Positions 8,668-19,508 of a DNA stretch of 64,000 nt are shown here, piece after piece. Position numbers and translations under genes: made by a program. The DNA is from Mariniphaga sp. Its GTDB lineage: Bacteria; Bacteroidota; Bacteroidia; Bacteroidales; Prolixibacteraceae. Location of the stretch: NCBI GenBank assembly GCA_019429205.1, contig JAHYIT010000013.1:5276-69275 (forward strand). The letters are read 5' to 3'. Numbering within the stretch: position 1 is the stretch's first letter; every line of letters starts with the position of its first letter. Below the pieces are notes generated by a model, which saw nothing but the letters and a program-made list of their open reading frames with translations, was not told the origin of the DNA and did not search any database.

Positions 8668-9543
8668 ATGGTATTAATCGATGGTAAAAAAGTGGCAGCA
8701 GAAATGAAGGAGGAAATTGCTGCAAAGGTTAAAGTGCTAAAAGAAAGCGGGTCAAAAACTCCGCACCTGGCAGCAGTTTTGGTGGGTCACGACGGGGGAA
8801 GCGAAACCTATGTGGCTTACAAAATTAAAGATTGTGAAGCAGTGGGTTTTAAATCTTCTCTCATCCGGTACGAAGATAATGTTACCGAAAATGAGTTGCT
8901 TGCCAAGGTTCAGGAATTGAATGAAGACGCTGATATTGATGGTTTTATTGTTCAGTTACCATTGCCTGCTCATATTTCGGAAGAAAAAGTAATTGAAGCC
9001 ATCAATCCGAAAAAGGATGTTGATGGTTTTCATCCGGAAAATGTTGGCCGGATGGTAATAAGTCTGCCATCGTTTGTTTCTGCCACGCCGTTTGGAATTG
9101 TTGAACTGTTGAAACGCTACAAGATTGAAACCATCGGAAAAAACTGCGTGATTGTTGGCCGTAGCAACATTGTTGGCCGTCCGCTTAGTATTTTAATGTC
9201 GCAAAAAGCTATAAATGCAACAGTTACCGTTGCGCACAGCCGAACCAAAAACCTGGAGGAATTGTGCCGGAGTGCTGATATTCTGGTTGCTGCCATTGGT
9301 GTTCCTGAATTTGTAAAAGGAAATATGGTGAAAGATGGTGCAGTGGTGATTGACGTTGGAACAACGCGTGTAAAGTCAGATCAAACCAAATCGGGCTGGA
9401 AACTGAAGGGTGATGTATTGTTCGACGAAGTAGCACCAAAATGTTCATATATAACTCCGGTGCCGGGTGGAGTTGGTCCCATGACCCGGGTTTCGCTGTT
9501 GTACAATACGCTGCTGGCAGCAAGCGGGAAAATTTACAAATAG
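8668..9543 (+). CDS. folD: Bifunctional methylenetetrahydrofolate dehydrogenase/cyclohydrolase
   Basis: 291 aa with typical FolD motifs: [47 protein letters not shown]. Confidence 0.95.
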   Translation: MVLIDGKKVAAEMKEEIAAKVKVLKESGSKTPHLAAVLVGHDGGSETYVAYKIKDCEAVGFKSSLIRYEDNVTENELLAKVQELNEDADIDGFIVQLPLPAHISEEKVIEAINPKKDVDGFHPENVGRMVISLPSFVSATPFGIVELLKRYKIETIGKNCVIVGRSNIVGRPLSILMSQKAINATVTVAHSRTKNLEELCRSADILVAAIGVPEFVKGNMVKDGAVVIDVGTTRVKSDQTKSGWKLKGDVLFDEVAPKCSYITPVPGGVGPMTRVSLLYNTLLAASGKIYK

Positions 9544-9643
9544 GTAAATTTTCGAAAGATTCAGTTTCGCCCCAAATCTGTTACTTTTTATAATTATTTT
9601 TTTATTTTTGAGCTTCTAACCAAAAATCGAAAAATCAGGAGTA

Positions 9644-10048
9644 ATGGAAAGCGTTGATTACAAGGGAGAAAAGAAAAAACCAGAGGACTATTCCAGGCAA
9701 GAAATATTTTCAAAAACAATACGTGCCGGAAAACGGACTTATTTTTTTGATGTAAAAAGTACCCGAAACGACGAGTATTATCTGACAATTACAGAAAGCA
9801 AGCGAAAATTTCTCGATAACGAAAATTTCAGGTATGAAAAGCACAAATTATTTTTATACCCTGAAGATTTCGAAAAATTTGCCAGTTCGCTTGATGAAAT
9901 TATTCAGTATATTTACGAAAATCAGCCTGAATTAAAATCAGAAATTTCACAAGAAGTTGATAATAATGAACCTGAAGAAGTGACTGTTGATGATGAACCT
10001 GAAATAGCTGGTAAAGATTTCAGCAATATCGACTTTGAAGATATTTAA
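9644..10048 (+). CDS. DUF3276 / PUR-alpha-like nucleic-acid-binding protein with an acidic tail
   Basis: IFSKTIRAGKRTYFFDVKSTRNDEYYLTITESKRKF is the signature of the Bacteroidota DUF3276 family. The C-terminal tail is D/E-rich. Confidence 0.7.
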   Translation: MESVDYKGEKKKPEDYSRQEIFSKTIRAGKRTYFFDVKSTRNDEYYLTITESKRKFLDNENFRYEKHKLFLYPEDFEKFASSLDEIIQYIYENQPELKSEISQEVDNNEPEEVTVDDEPEIAGKDFSNIDFEDI

Positions 10049-10073
10049 ACTACTCTTTTTGAAAAAACAACTT

Positions 10074-10111
10074 ATCCCTTCCTGCCTTTGTTTGCGGGAA
10101 GGGATTTTTTT
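10074..10111. terminator. Likely bidirectional rho-independent terminator between convergent genes
   Basis: The hairpin ATCCCTTCC...GGGAAGGGAT is followed by TTTTTTT on the + strand and preceded by an A-run, which reads as a T-run on the - strand. Confidence 0.7.
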
Positions 10112-11993
10112 AACCTAATTCACTCAATTCCAGCCAGCGCAACTCTTTTTCATCTAAAATAGATTTGAGCTGCATTAGTTCATTCGATTTTTCATGCAGT
10201 TGTTCATGGTTTAAATCCCCAGAATGTAAATCCGTTTCCAGTTGTTCTTTTTCGTCTTCCAGTTTTTTTATTTCTGCATCCAGTTGTTCCATTTCCCGTT
10301 TTTGTTTAAACGAAAGTTTCTTTTTAACATGGGCATCTTCCAATTTTGTTCGCGATTCTGTTTTTGTTTTTTTTTCTGAATTTTTATCCTGATTTTTTTG
10401 TTCCAAACGGGCTTTTTCTTCCATTTCGTAGCGGTAAATGGTATAATTTCCCGGAAAGTCAGAAACCACGCCACTGCCTTCAAAAACAAAAAGGTGGTCC
10501 ACAATTTTATCCATAAAAAAGCGGTCGTGCGAAACCACCACCACACAACCTTCAAACGCTTTCAGGTAATCTTCCAAAACATTCAGGGTAAGAATATCCA
10601 AATCGTTGGTAGGTTCGTCAAGAATTAGAAAATTTGGGTTTTGCATTAGCACTGTGCATAAATAGAGCCGGCGCTGTTCTCCTCCACTCAGCTTTTCTAT
10701 GTAATTGTATTGTGTTTCGGGCGGAAACAAAAAACGGGTGAGCAGTTGGGAACTGGTCATTCGCGAACCATCTTCATAAATGATAAATTCGGCGATTTTG
10801 TTAACAGCATCAATTACGCGTTCCTGCGGATTGAAATTAATTCCATCCTGCCTGTAATATCCGAATTTTATGGTTTGTCCAATTTCAATTTTTCCACTAT
10901 CGGGTTGCATAGTCCCGGTAATCAGGTTCAAGAATGTTGTTTTACCTGTTCCGTTTTTTCCAACAATTCCAACCTTTTCAAATCTCGAGAATTTATAGGA
11001 AAAATTTTCAATCAGGTTCACGTCCGGAAAAGATTTGGAAAGGTGTTCAATTTCCACGATTTTTTTTCCCAGCCGGGCTGATTTTACGCTCAAATCAACA
11101 CTTTCATCTGTGAAATTCTGACTGGCTTTTTCTTTTATTTCCTGAAATGAATCGACCCTGTATTTTGCTTTGTGGCTGCGGGCTTTAGGCATCCGGCGCA
11201 TCCATTCCTGTTCGGTGCGAAGCAGGTTTTTTGCTTTGGCAACCGATGCTTGCTGCATTTCAATGCGTTCACTTCTTTTCTGTAAAAAATAAGAATAGTT
11301 TCCCAGGTACCGGTAAATCTGGTTGTCCTCCATTTCAATAATTTCGGTGCAAACACGGTCGAGGAAATACCGGTCATGAGTAACCATTAACAAAGTTGAT
11401 TTTGTTTTTCCCAGGTAGGCTTCAAGCCATTCAATCATTTCCAAATCGAGGTGATTGGTGGGTTCATCGAGAATCAGCAGGTCAGGATTTTGAACCAAAA
11501 CCTTTGCCAGAGCCAGCCTTTTTTGCTGTCCGCCTGAAAGCTGACCAACCGGTTGCTCTAAATTGAAAATTTTTAGCAGGGTTAAAACCTGTTTTATTTC
11601 AACTTCTGCATCCCAGGCACCCAGTTCATCCATTTTCTCTGAAATTTCGGCAATTTTTTGTTGATTGTTTTTTGCCACAGCCAGTTCAAATTCTTTTACC
11701 GTCCTGAGTTTTTCGCTATCCGATTCAAACACCTCTTCCAAAACAGTATGGTTTGGATTTAAACGGGGAATCTGTTCGAAATAGCCGATTTTTATGTTGT
11801 TGGTAACAGTTACAGTACCTCCGTCAGGTGAATCTTTGCCGGCTAAAAGGTTGAGCAGTGTTGACTTTCCGGCACCATTCCGGGCAATTAAAGCCATTTT
11901 TTGACCTTCGGAAACAGTGAAAGAAATGTTTTCGAAAAGTATTAACTCGCCCCAGCGTTTCGAAAGATTTTCAGCCTGAATAAATGGTCTCAT
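10110..11993 (-). CDS. ABC-F family ATPase (Uup-like, two ABC domains plus a C-terminal coiled coil)
   Basis: Two Walker A motifs (GRNGAGKST, GKNGTGKTT) and two LSGG signatures are present. There are no TM segments. The C-terminal tail is K/E-rich. Confidence 0.9.
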   Translation of the reverse strand: MRPFIQAENLSKRWGELILFENISFTVSEGQKMALIARNGAGKSTLLNLLAGKDSPDGGTVTVTNNIKIGYFEQIPRLNPNHTVLEEVFESDSEKLRTVKEFELAVAKNNQQKIAEISEKMDELGAWDAEVEIKQVLTLLKIFNLEQPVGQLSGGQQKRLALAKVLVQNPDLLILDEPTNHLDLEMIEWLEAYLGKTKSTLLMVTHDRYFLDRVCTEIIEMEDNQIYRYLGNYSYFLQKRSERIEMQQASVAKAKNLLRTEQEWMRRMPKARSHKAKYRVDSFQEIKEKASQNFTDESVDLSVKSARLGKKIVEIEHLSKSFPDVNLIENFSYKFSRFEKVGIVGKNGTGKTTFLNLITGTMQPDSGKIEIGQTIKFGYYRQDGINFNPQERVIDAVNKIAEFIIYEDGSRMTSSQLLTRFLFPPETQYNYIEKLSGGEQRRLYLCTVLMQNPNFLILDEPTNDLDILTLNVLEDYLKAFEGCVVVVSHDRFFMDKIVDHLFVFEGSGVVSDFPGNYTIYRYEMEEKARLEQKNQDKNSEKKTKTESRTKLEDAHVKKKLSFKQKREMEQLDAEIKKLEDEKEQLETDLHSGDLNHEQLHEKSNELMQLKSILDEKELRWLELSELG

Positions 11994-12205
11994 GAATTAA
12001 ATTTTGACAAAAATAGCAATTGCGATCAAAAAAAACCCTACCAAAAGGCAGGGCTTTTCCTTGCCTGTTTAATTGCCGTCTTAAAAACCATTTCATTTTA
12101 GGGGAGAAATTGATTTTAAGCATAATATGTTTATAAGACTTATAAATTTTTTTTTTGTTACACTGTTCATTAAAAAAATGAGTTATTTTGAAAAAAAAAT
12201 GAATA

Positions 12206-12853
12206 ATGCGCAAAAAAGCTCTTTTTGAAAAAGTTATCCAATATTTTGATGAAACAATGCCTGTGGCCGAAACCGAACTTGAATATGAAAATCCGTTTCA
12301 TTTGATTGTGGCTGTAATTCTTTCAGCCCAGTGTACCGATAAGCGGGTAAATTTAATTACCCCCGATTTGCTGAAAAGATACCCAACTCCTGAAAAGATG
12401 GCAAAAGCTGAACCGACAGAAGTTTTTGAGTACATAAAAAGTTGTTCATACCCCAACAATAAGGCAAAACACCTGGTTGGCATGGCGCGCAAACTCATGG
12501 AGTTGTTTGAAGGACAAGTTCCTGATGATGTAATGGATTTACAAAAGTTACCGGGAGTGGGAAGAAAAACGGCTAATGTAATTGCCTCGGTGGTGTTCAA
12601 TAAACCAGCCCTTGCGGTTGATACACATGTTTTTAGGGTTGCCGCCCGCATTGGACTTACAACAAACGCCAAAACGCCGCTGGCAACCGAGTTGCAATTA
12701 ATGAAATACATTCCTGAAGAATTAGTTCCAAAAGCTCATCATTGGTTGATTTTGCACGGACGTTATACTTGCGTGGCACGTAAACCAAAATGTGAAAAAT
12801 GTGGTTTGACCACTATTTGTAAATATTATTTGAAATTAGTTCAACAAAAGTAA
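12206..12853 (+). CDS. nth: Endonuclease III
   Basis: HhH-GPD motif LPGVGRKTANV and a C-terminal 4Fe-4S loop C-x6-C-x2-C-x5-C (CVARKPKCEKCGLTTIC). Confidence 0.9.
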   Translation: MRKKALFEKVIQYFDETMPVAETELEYENPFHLIVAVILSAQCTDKRVNLITPDLLKRYPTPEKMAKAEPTEVFEYIKSCSYPNNKAKHLVGMARKLMELFEGQVPDDVMDLQKLPGVGRKTANVIASVVFNKPALAVDTHVFRVAARIGLTTNAKTPLATELQLMKYIPEELVPKAHHWLILHGRYTCVARKPKCEKCGLTTICKYYLKLVQQK

Positions 12854-13660
12854 ACTAACTGCCATTATAGCCATTCCCCCAACCAGTCCGTAAATTCCCC
12901 AGTGGTGTTCGCCATATTCTTCTGCCGATGGCAGCAGTTCGTCGAGCGAAATAAAAACCATTATACCGGCAACAGCGGCCATGGTTGAAGCATAAAATGC
13001 ATCGGAATTTTCTGCAGTAAGAAATGGCATGAGTAAAAAGTAAGCGAGCACTGCACCTACCGGTTCAGCAAGTCCGGAGAGAAAAGAATACAAAAACGCT
13101 TTTTTTCTGCTGCCTGTGGCATAATAAATGGGAACCGAAACGGCAATTCCTTCAGGAATATTGTGAATAGCAACCGCTATAGCAATGGCAATCCCAATTG
13201 TTGGGTCATTTAAAGCTGTCATAAAAGTAGCAATGCCTTCAGGAAAGTTATGGATAGCAACCACCAAAGCAGTAAATATTCCGGTACGGTAAAGATTGGT
13301 TTTTGGTTTTTTTCTTTTCACATCTGTCATTTCTTCAACCGCACGCATTTCGTGGGGGTTTTCAAATGAGGGAATAAATTTATCTATTAGCCCAATCAGC
13401 AATATTCCCCCAAAAAAAGCAGTGATGGTGAACAATGTACCGTTAAACTCTCCAAATCCATGGATAAATGTTTCTTTGGCCTCTGCAAAAATTTCAACAA
13501 ACGAAATGTAAATCATTACACCTGCCGAAAAACCCAGCGAAACCGTCAGTAATTTGGTGTTTGTTTTTTTTGCTATAAACGCAATGGCGCTGCCAATGCC
13601 CGTTGAAAGGCCGGCAAAAGCAGTTAAAAGCAATGCAAACAATACGCTGGATGTATCCAT
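12836..13660 (-). CDS. zupT: ZIP-family zinc transporter ZupT
   Basis: Start chosen at MDTSSVLFALLL. The protein is multi-TM with ZIP signatures HNFPEGIA and HNIPEGIAV. Its 3' end overlaps the nth 3' end by 18 bp. Confidence 0.85.
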   Translation of the reverse strand: MDTSSVLFALLLTAFAGLSTGIGSAIAFIAKKTNTKLLTVSLGFSAGVMIYISFVEIFAEAKETFIHGFGEFNGTLFTITAFFGGILLIGLIDKFIPSFENPHEMRAVEEMTDVKRKKPKTNLYRTGIFTALVVAIHNFPEGIATFMTALNDPTIGIAIAIAVAIHNIPEGIAVSVPIYYATGSRKKAFLYSFLSGLAEPVGAVLAYFLLMPFLTAENSDAFYASTMAAVAGIMVFISLDELLPSAEEYGEHHWGIYGLVGGMAIMAVSLLLLN

Positions 13661-13854
13661 GATTTTTTTTTGCCAAAAGTAACAAAAAGCAGTTGAAATC
13701 AACTTAACAAAGATTTTTTTAAGGTAATCAGTTTATAATTAGCAAGATATTATGATACTGTTTAAACAGGAGCAAATTTATGATTCAGGTTCTTTTATAT
13801 TTTCTCAAACTTTGTACTTTTGTGGCTTACTGTTAAACTTTAAAGTTCATTGCT

Positions 13855-14025
13855 ATGGCATATAAAATTTCTGATGAATGTATTGCATGTGGTACTTGTT
13901 TAGACGAATGTCCGGTGGATGCGATTGCTGAAGGTGATATTTATGTAATTGACCCTGATCTTTGCACCGACTGTGGTTCATGTGCTGAAGTTTGCCCGGT
14001 AGAGTGTATTTCGATAGACGAATAA
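13855..14025 (+). CDS. 2x[4Fe-4S] ferredoxin, 56 aa (below the ORF-track size cutoff)
   Basis: Manual translation gives MAYKISDECIACGTCLDECPVDAIAEGDIYVIDPDLCTDCGSCAEVCPVECISIDE, which contains two CxxCxxCxxxCP clusters. Confidence 0.85.
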   Translation: MAYKISDECIACGTCLDECPVDAIAEGDIYVIDPDLCTDCGSCAEVCPVECISIDE

Positions 14026-14081
14026 TCCGGACGACATAAAAAAATGGAAGGCCTGGCTTTTATTTAGTCAGGCTTTTATTT

Positions 14082-15677
14082 TTAAAATCCGTTCAAATCC
14101 ATCAATACCGTTGGCAGCAGCAATAAAAACCCCAAAATTCCCAAAATCAGAATGAAAGGCGCCACCCATTTCACCCATTTTTCGTAAGGAATTCGGGCAA
14201 TTCCCAATACGCCAATTAAAACCCCCGAAGTTGGTGTAATCATGTTGGTAAATCCGTCGCCCAACTGAAATGCGACTACGGTTGCCTGCCTTGAAATGCC
14301 AATTAAATCTGAAAACTGCGACATCATGGGCATGGTAAGCGCTGCCTTGCCAGAACCTGACGGAATAAAAATATTCAGGAAAGTTTGAATGACATACATT
14401 ACACTTACCGAACCAACTTTGCCCAAATCTTCCATGGTTTGCGAAACATAAAAAAGAATGGTGTCGATAATTCTGCCGTCTTCCAGAATAACCACTATGC
14501 CGCCAGCCAAACCCACAACCAGTGCGGCGCCAAGAATATCTTTTGCACCTTCAATAAACGATTTGGTAATTTCGTTGGCAGTTTTCCCCGAAGCAATTCC
14601 GGCAAAAATACCCAAAGCAAGAAACAGGGTGGCAATTTCCATAACGTACCACCCGTAGCCCATTACTCCAATAATCAGAAATACGATGGTAAAAGTAAGC
14701 AAACTTAAAACGAAGTAATGGAATGATTTTCGTAAAGTGAAAACCCCGGAAACAATAAATAATATTGTTGCTGCAGGAACTGCAGGCAAAACAATTTCGT
14801 TATTGCCGATTTTCAGATTGCTGATGGGGTAGAAAAACGAAAAGAGCGTTAAAAATATAGAAAGCGAAATAAATGAAATCCATGCACCACGCGGTACAGA
14901 TTTAGCAAATTCCATATTTGAATTTTCGTTGCGATGCCGCCAGTAAGCATCTTCCTCGTAAACCGGAGATTTTTCAGGATTTTTATGAATTTTACCTGCG
15001 TACCTTAAAATGAAGACAAACCCCACTACATTAATTACCAGCCACATAAACAGCCGGTATTCAATTCCTGAAAAAAGCGGAATATTGGATAGACCTTGTG
15101 CAATACCCACAGTAAAAGGATTCAGGAACGCGCCGGCAAAACCAAGCGCTGCAGCCACAAAACACAACGAAACACCCACAATGGAATCATATCCCATGGA
15201 AATAGCCAGCGGAACGAAAATGATGGTAAAGGCAATGGTTTCTTCGCTCATGCCGAAAACAGCCCCAAACAAACTGAATATAAACATGATGCCAACAAGA
15301 ATAATGTTGTTAATTCCCAACTTCCGCAAAAACCTGGAACGTTCCCACTTTTTGGCAAATTTCAGAAATGAATAAATCCCAATATCTATTGATTTACTTT
15401 CGTTCAGAATCCAAAATGCACCGCCAATCATTAAAATAAAAGCTATAATATTTGCGGTATTTACAAATCCATCAAAAAATGCCGAAAAAACCTGCCAGGT
15501 TTGTCTTTGGCTTTCAATAAACTGAAACGAACCGGGTTTAATCACTTCCCTTTCCACGTTGTTAACCACTGTGGTTTCACGTTCAAATTCGCCGCCCGGG
15601 ATAAACCAGGTACACACGGCACAAAAAACAATTAAAATGAAAATAATAACATAAGTGTGCGGTACTTTCTTCAGCAT
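14082..15677 (-). CDS. YfcC-family (DcuC-like) integral membrane transporter
   Basis: 531 aa with about 12 TM segments. The N-terminus KVPHTYVIIFILIV...WFIPGGEF is typical of the YfcC family. Confidence 0.75.
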   Translation of the reverse strand: MLKKVPHTYVIIFILIVFCAVCTWFIPGGEFERETTVVNNVEREVIKPGSFQFIESQRQTWQVFSAFFDGFVNTANIIAFILMIGGAFWILNESKSIDIGIYSFLKFAKKWERSRFLRKLGINNIILVGIMFIFSLFGAVFGMSEETIAFTIIFVPLAISMGYDSIVGVSLCFVAAALGFAGAFLNPFTVGIAQGLSNIPLFSGIEYRLFMWLVINVVGFVFILRYAGKIHKNPEKSPVYEEDAYWRHRNENSNMEFAKSVPRGAWISFISLSIFLTLFSFFYPISNLKIGNNEIVLPAVPAATILFIVSGVFTLRKSFHYFVLSLLTFTIVFLIIGVMGYGWYVMEIATLFLALGIFAGIASGKTANEITKSFIEGAKDILGAALVVGLAGGIVVILEDGRIIDTILFYVSQTMEDLGKVGSVSVMYVIQTFLNIFIPSGSGKAALTMPMMSQFSDLIGISRQATVVAFQLGDGFTNMITPTSGVLIGVLGIARIPYEKWVKWVAPFILILGILGFLLLLPTVLMDLNGF

Positions 15678-15823
15678 ATTTTTTAGTTTAATGGCCCGAA
15701 AATAATAAATAGTGCCGTTTTCTGCTTCTTTTTAATAAAGTTTGTGAATCATTGAAATATTAAAGCATTGAAGTTTTGATTTTAAAAACTAATTTGTAAC
15801 TTAATGAAATTAAAATCTAATCC

Positions 15824-17077
15824 ATGAAGTTACTGCTCGAAAATATCAAGGAACTGGTTCAGGTTGAGGAAAATCCGGTACAGTTTAAATCTGGAAAGCA
15901 AATGGCTGAATTGATTACAGTAAAAGATGCTTTTTTGATTATCAGGGATGAAATGATTCAGGATTTCGGCCCGATGAGTAACCTGAAGGATGTTTATAAA
16001 GACGACGATTTTCTTATTGAAATAGACTGCTCAAACCGGTTGGTTTATCCGTCTTATTGCGATTCGCACACCCATTTGGTTTTTCCGGCGCCACGCGAAA
16101 AAGAGTTTGTAGATCGGATTCAGGGACTTTCTTATGAAGAAATTGCACGCAGGGGAGGAGGCATTTTGAACTCGGCGAAACTTTTACATAACACACCTGA
16201 TGAAAAGCTTTACCACAGCGCCATGGAACGGATTTTTGAGATGATTAAAACCGGAACCGGGGCAATTGAAATTAAAAGTGGGTACGGCCTGAATACCGAA
16301 GACGAAATTCGGATGCTAAAGATTATAAAATGGATTAAAGAAACAGCACCGGTTTGTGTCCGTTCCACTTTTTTGGGGGCCCATGCAATTCCTGAACAAT
16401 ATAAAAATAACGTTACAGCTTATGTTGATTTGGTCATAAATGAAATGATTCCGCAGGTGGCATCAGAAGATCTGGCCGATTTTATCGATGTTTTTTGCGA
16501 TAAGGGTTTCTTTTCAGTTGAGGATACCGAACGAATCCTGATTGCTGCACTAAAATACGGACTTCGCCCAAAACTGCACGCAAACGAGCTTGGTCTGACC
16601 GGCGGAGTGCAAACCGGTGTAAAATACAATGCACTTTCAGTGGACCATTTGGAACACATGGGGCCCGGGGAAATTGAAATATTGAAAAATACCGAAACCA
16701 TGCCCACTGTATTGCCGGGCGCTGCATTTTTTCTGGGAATGAAACTTTCGCCGGTGCGTCAAATGATTGAAGCCGGATTACCCGTGGCACTTTCCTCAGA
16801 TTATAATCCGGGTTCATCACCCAGCGGAAACATGAATTTTATTTCGTCGCTTGGATGCATCAATTACAAAATGTTGCCCGAAGAAGTGATTAATGCAACT
16901 ACCATAAACACGGCCTATGCAATGGGAATAAGTGATCGTTTGGGGAGTATCGCCCGCGGAAAAATTGCCAACCTTTTTATTACTTCCGAAATGCCCGGAA
17001 TTGAATATCTGCCTTATTCATTTGGTTCAAATCTGGTGGAAACAGTTATTTTGAATGGCGAAGTGCAGTCGGTTTAA
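15824..17077 (+). CDS. hutI: Imidazolonepropionase
   Basis: 417-aa amidohydrolase fold with CDSHTHLVF, GAIEIKSGYGL, HANELG, SVDHLEH and ALSSDYNPGS motifs. Confidence 0.85.
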   Translation: MKLLLENIKELVQVEENPVQFKSGKQMAELITVKDAFLIIRDEMIQDFGPMSNLKDVYKDDDFLIEIDCSNRLVYPSYCDSHTHLVFPAPREKEFVDRIQGLSYEEIARRGGGILNSAKLLHNTPDEKLYHSAMERIFEMIKTGTGAIEIKSGYGLNTEDEIRMLKIIKWIKETAPVCVRSTFLGAHAIPEQYKNNVTAYVDLVINEMIPQVASEDLADFIDVFCDKGFFSVEDTERILIAALKYGLRPKLHANELGLTGGVQTGVKYNALSVDHLEHMGPGEIEILKNTETMPTVLPGAAFFLGMKLSPVRQMIEAGLPVALSSDYNPGSSPSGNMNFISSLGCINYKMLPEEVINATTINTAYAMGISDRLGSIARGKIANLFITSEMPGIEYLPYSFGSNLVETVILNGEVQSV

Positions 17078-17184
17078 TTTCTGCTGAATTTAATCATATC
17101 CTTTCTGAATACAGAGTTTTATTTTTGATTACTGAAATAAAACCGGTAGTGAATTTTTGCTGATTAAATTTTAAAAAGTCTGAA

Positions 17185-18876
17185 ATGAAGAAAATACTGG
17201 AGTGTGTACCGAATTTTTCGGAAGGAAGAGATACTAAAATTATAAAGGAAATAACCGATGCCATTGAAAGTGTTGATGGTATAAAATTGCTGGATGTGGA
17301 CCCTGGAAAAGCTACCAACCGAACAGTTGTTTCTTTTGTAGGTGAACCCAACGCAGTTGTTGAAGCGGCGTTTACAGGAATTAAAAAAGCGGCTCAGGTT
17401 ATTGATATGAGTAAACACGACGGCGAACATCCACGGTTTGGCGCCACCGATGTTTGTCCGTTGGTACCGGTTGCCAATATTTCGATGGAAGAAACCGTGG
17501 AATATGCCAGAAAACTGGCCGAGCGGGTAGGACAGGAGCTTTCCATTCCGGTTTATTGTTACGAATTTGCCGCTTTTACCCATATTCGGAAAAGCCTGGC
17601 CAACTGCCGTTCGGGTGAATACGAAGGGCTGAAAGAAAAAATTTCTACTGAAAAATGGAAGCCTGATTTTGGTCCGGCTGAATGGACGGAAAAAATTGCC
17701 AAAAGCGGAGCAACTGCCATTGGAGCACGCAATTTTCTGGTTGCATATAATGTAAATCTGAATACCACTTCCACACGCAGGGCAAACGCCATAGCTTTTG
17801 ATGTGCGCGAAGCCGGACGTGTAAAACGTGAAGGCGACCCGCTTACCGGAAAAATTGTAACCGATGAAAACGGCGAACCGGTGCGTATTCCTGGAACTTT
17901 GAAAAAAACACGTGCCATTGGGTGGTTCATTGAAGAATATGGCATTGCACAAATTTCCATGAATCTGACAGATATTTCTGTTACGCCGGTGCATGTGGCT
18001 TTCGACGAAGTTTGCGAGAAAGCCAGTGAACGCGGAATACGGGTAACCGGCTCAGAACTGGTTGGTTTAATTCCTCTTCAGGCCATGCTCGATGCCGGGA
18101 AATATTTTCTGCGCAAACAGCAACGCTCTGCCGGAATCTCAGATGAAGAAATCATCAAAATTGCGGTTAAGTCGATGGGATTGGACGAATTGTACCCTTT
18201 TGATCCGAAGAAGAAAATAATTGAATACCTGATAGGTGAAAAATCAGGAGAGAAACTGGTTGATAAAACCGTTCAGGGGTTTGTGCACGAAACAGCTTCC
18301 GAATCTCCGGCGCCAGGTGGAGGTTCGGTTTCGGCAGCGGTAGGTGCATTTGGTGCTGCTTTGGGAACTATGGTGGCTAACCTTTCTTCACACAAACGTG
18401 GTTGGGACAACAGCTGGGAAGAATTTTCAGCATGGGCCGAAAAAGGGAAAAAGTACCACAATGAACTGCTGAAATGTGTGGACGAAGATACTGAGGCGTT
18501 TAACCTGATTATGTCGGCTTTTGGGCTTCCAAAATCCAATGAAAAGGAGAAAACAGAACGTAAACATGCCATTCAGAAAGCAACAAAAACCGCCATGGTA
18601 GTGCCGTTAAAAGTAATGCAACTGGCTCACGATTCGCTTGAAGTAATGCAGGCCATGGCCGAAAAAGGCAATCCCAACTCGGTTTCCGATGCCGGGGTTG
18701 GTGCGCTTTGCGCCCGCACTGCTGTTGAAGGTGCTTTTCTTAACGTAAAAATCAATGCATCGGGTTGCGACGATAAACATTTTGTGGAAGAAATTCTGGA
18801 TAAGGCTAAATCGCTTTCAGTTTCTGCGAAAAAGAAAGAAGCTGAAATTTTGAAAATAGTGGAAGAAAAGATTTGA
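17185..18876 (+). CDS. Bifunctional glutamate formimidoyltransferase / formimidoyl-THF cyclodeaminase
   Basis: The N-terminus ILECVPNFSEGRD is the FTCD_N signature. The C-terminal ~200 aa is a helical cyclodeaminase-like domain (PAPGGGSVSAAVGAFGAAL). Confidence 0.85.
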   Translation: MKKILECVPNFSEGRDTKIIKEITDAIESVDGIKLLDVDPGKATNRTVVSFVGEPNAVVEAAFTGIKKAAQVIDMSKHDGEHPRFGATDVCPLVPVANISMEETVEYARKLAERVGQELSIPVYCYEFAAFTHIRKSLANCRSGEYEGLKEKISTEKWKPDFGPAEWTEKIAKSGATAIGARNFLVAYNVNLNTTSTRRANAIAFDVREAGRVKREGDPLTGKIVTDENGEPVRIPGTLKKTRAIGWFIEEYGIAQISMNLTDISVTPVHVAFDEVCEKASERGIRVTGSELVGLIPLQAMLDAGKYFLRKQQRSAGISDEEIIKIAVKSMGLDELYPFDPKKKIIEYLIGEKSGEKLVDKTVQGFVHETASESPAPGGGSVSAAVGAFGAALGTMVANLSSHKRGWDNSWEEFSAWAEKGKKYHNELLKCVDEDTEAFNLIMSAFGLPKSNEKEKTERKHAIQKATKTAMVVPLKVMQLAHDSLEVMQAMAEKGNPNSVSDAGVGALCARTAVEGAFLNVKINASGCDDKHFVEEILDKAKSLSVSAKKKEAEILKIVEEKI

Positions 18877-19011
18877 GTTTTAAATTCTCTAATATTTTTT
18901 TATTAAGCGTGTTCATTTCATTTGTATTCAATTGTTCATTTAAACAACACTACTAATTAGTTCATTCATCTGAGATTTTTAATATCTGGAGGGCAGTATT
19001 TTTGAAACATC

Positions 19012-19058
19012 ATAAAAATTGCGTAGCAGAATGTGTAAATATCATTCCCACTACGCAA
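19012..19058 (-). terminator. Possible rho-independent terminator of ndk
   Basis: A perfect 8-bp stem TTGCGTAG/CTACGCAA (19019-19058) is followed by TTTTTAT on the minus strand. The 24-nt loop is large, so confidence is moderate. Confidence 0.45.
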
Positions 19059-19088
19059 TAAAATAGGGTAAACAAAATATTCTTAAAA

Positions 19089-19508
19089 TTAGAATCTTTC
19101 CATTTTTGAAAAGAAAAAATCGGACTCAATAACAGCGTTCTCGTCGCTGTCGGAGCCATGTACTGCATTTTGTTGCAGATCGGTGCCGTACAATTTGCGA
19201 ATAGTTCCTTCGGCTGCGTTTTCCGGATTGGTGGCGCCAATAAAATTCCGGAAAGCTTCCACTGCATTTTCTTTTTCAAGAATCATGGCCACAATGGGAC
19301 CTAAACTCATAAACTCAATCAACGAGTCATAAAACGGTTTACCTTCGTGCACTGCATAAAAAGAAGCGGCCTGGTCGCGCGATAAACGAACCAGTTTTAA
19401 AGCTCTAATTTCAAATCCAGCTTCGTTAATCATTTTAATAATTGCCCCTGTGAAATTTTTTCTCACTGCCGTGGGCTTAATCATTGTGAACGTTTGGTTT
19501 CCTGCCAT
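19089..19508 (-). CDS. ndk: Nucleoside diphosphate kinase
   Basis: Start chosen at MAGNQTFTMIKP. NDK motifs are present and the active-site region is NAVHGSDS. Confidence 0.95.
   Translation of the reverse strand: MAGNQTFTMIKPTAVRKNFTGAIIKMINEAGFEIRALKLVRLSRDQAASFYAVHEGKPFYDSLIEFMSLGPIVAMILEKENAVEAFRNFIGATNPENAAEGTIRKLYGTDLQQNAVHGSDSDENAVIESDFFFSKMERF

Noticed and set aside
17164-17994. 276-aa ORF on the minus strand
   Set aside because: It is antisense to the glutamate formimidoyltransferase gene, whose product has clear family motifs. The shadow ORF is rich in F/N/R/C and shows no domain features.
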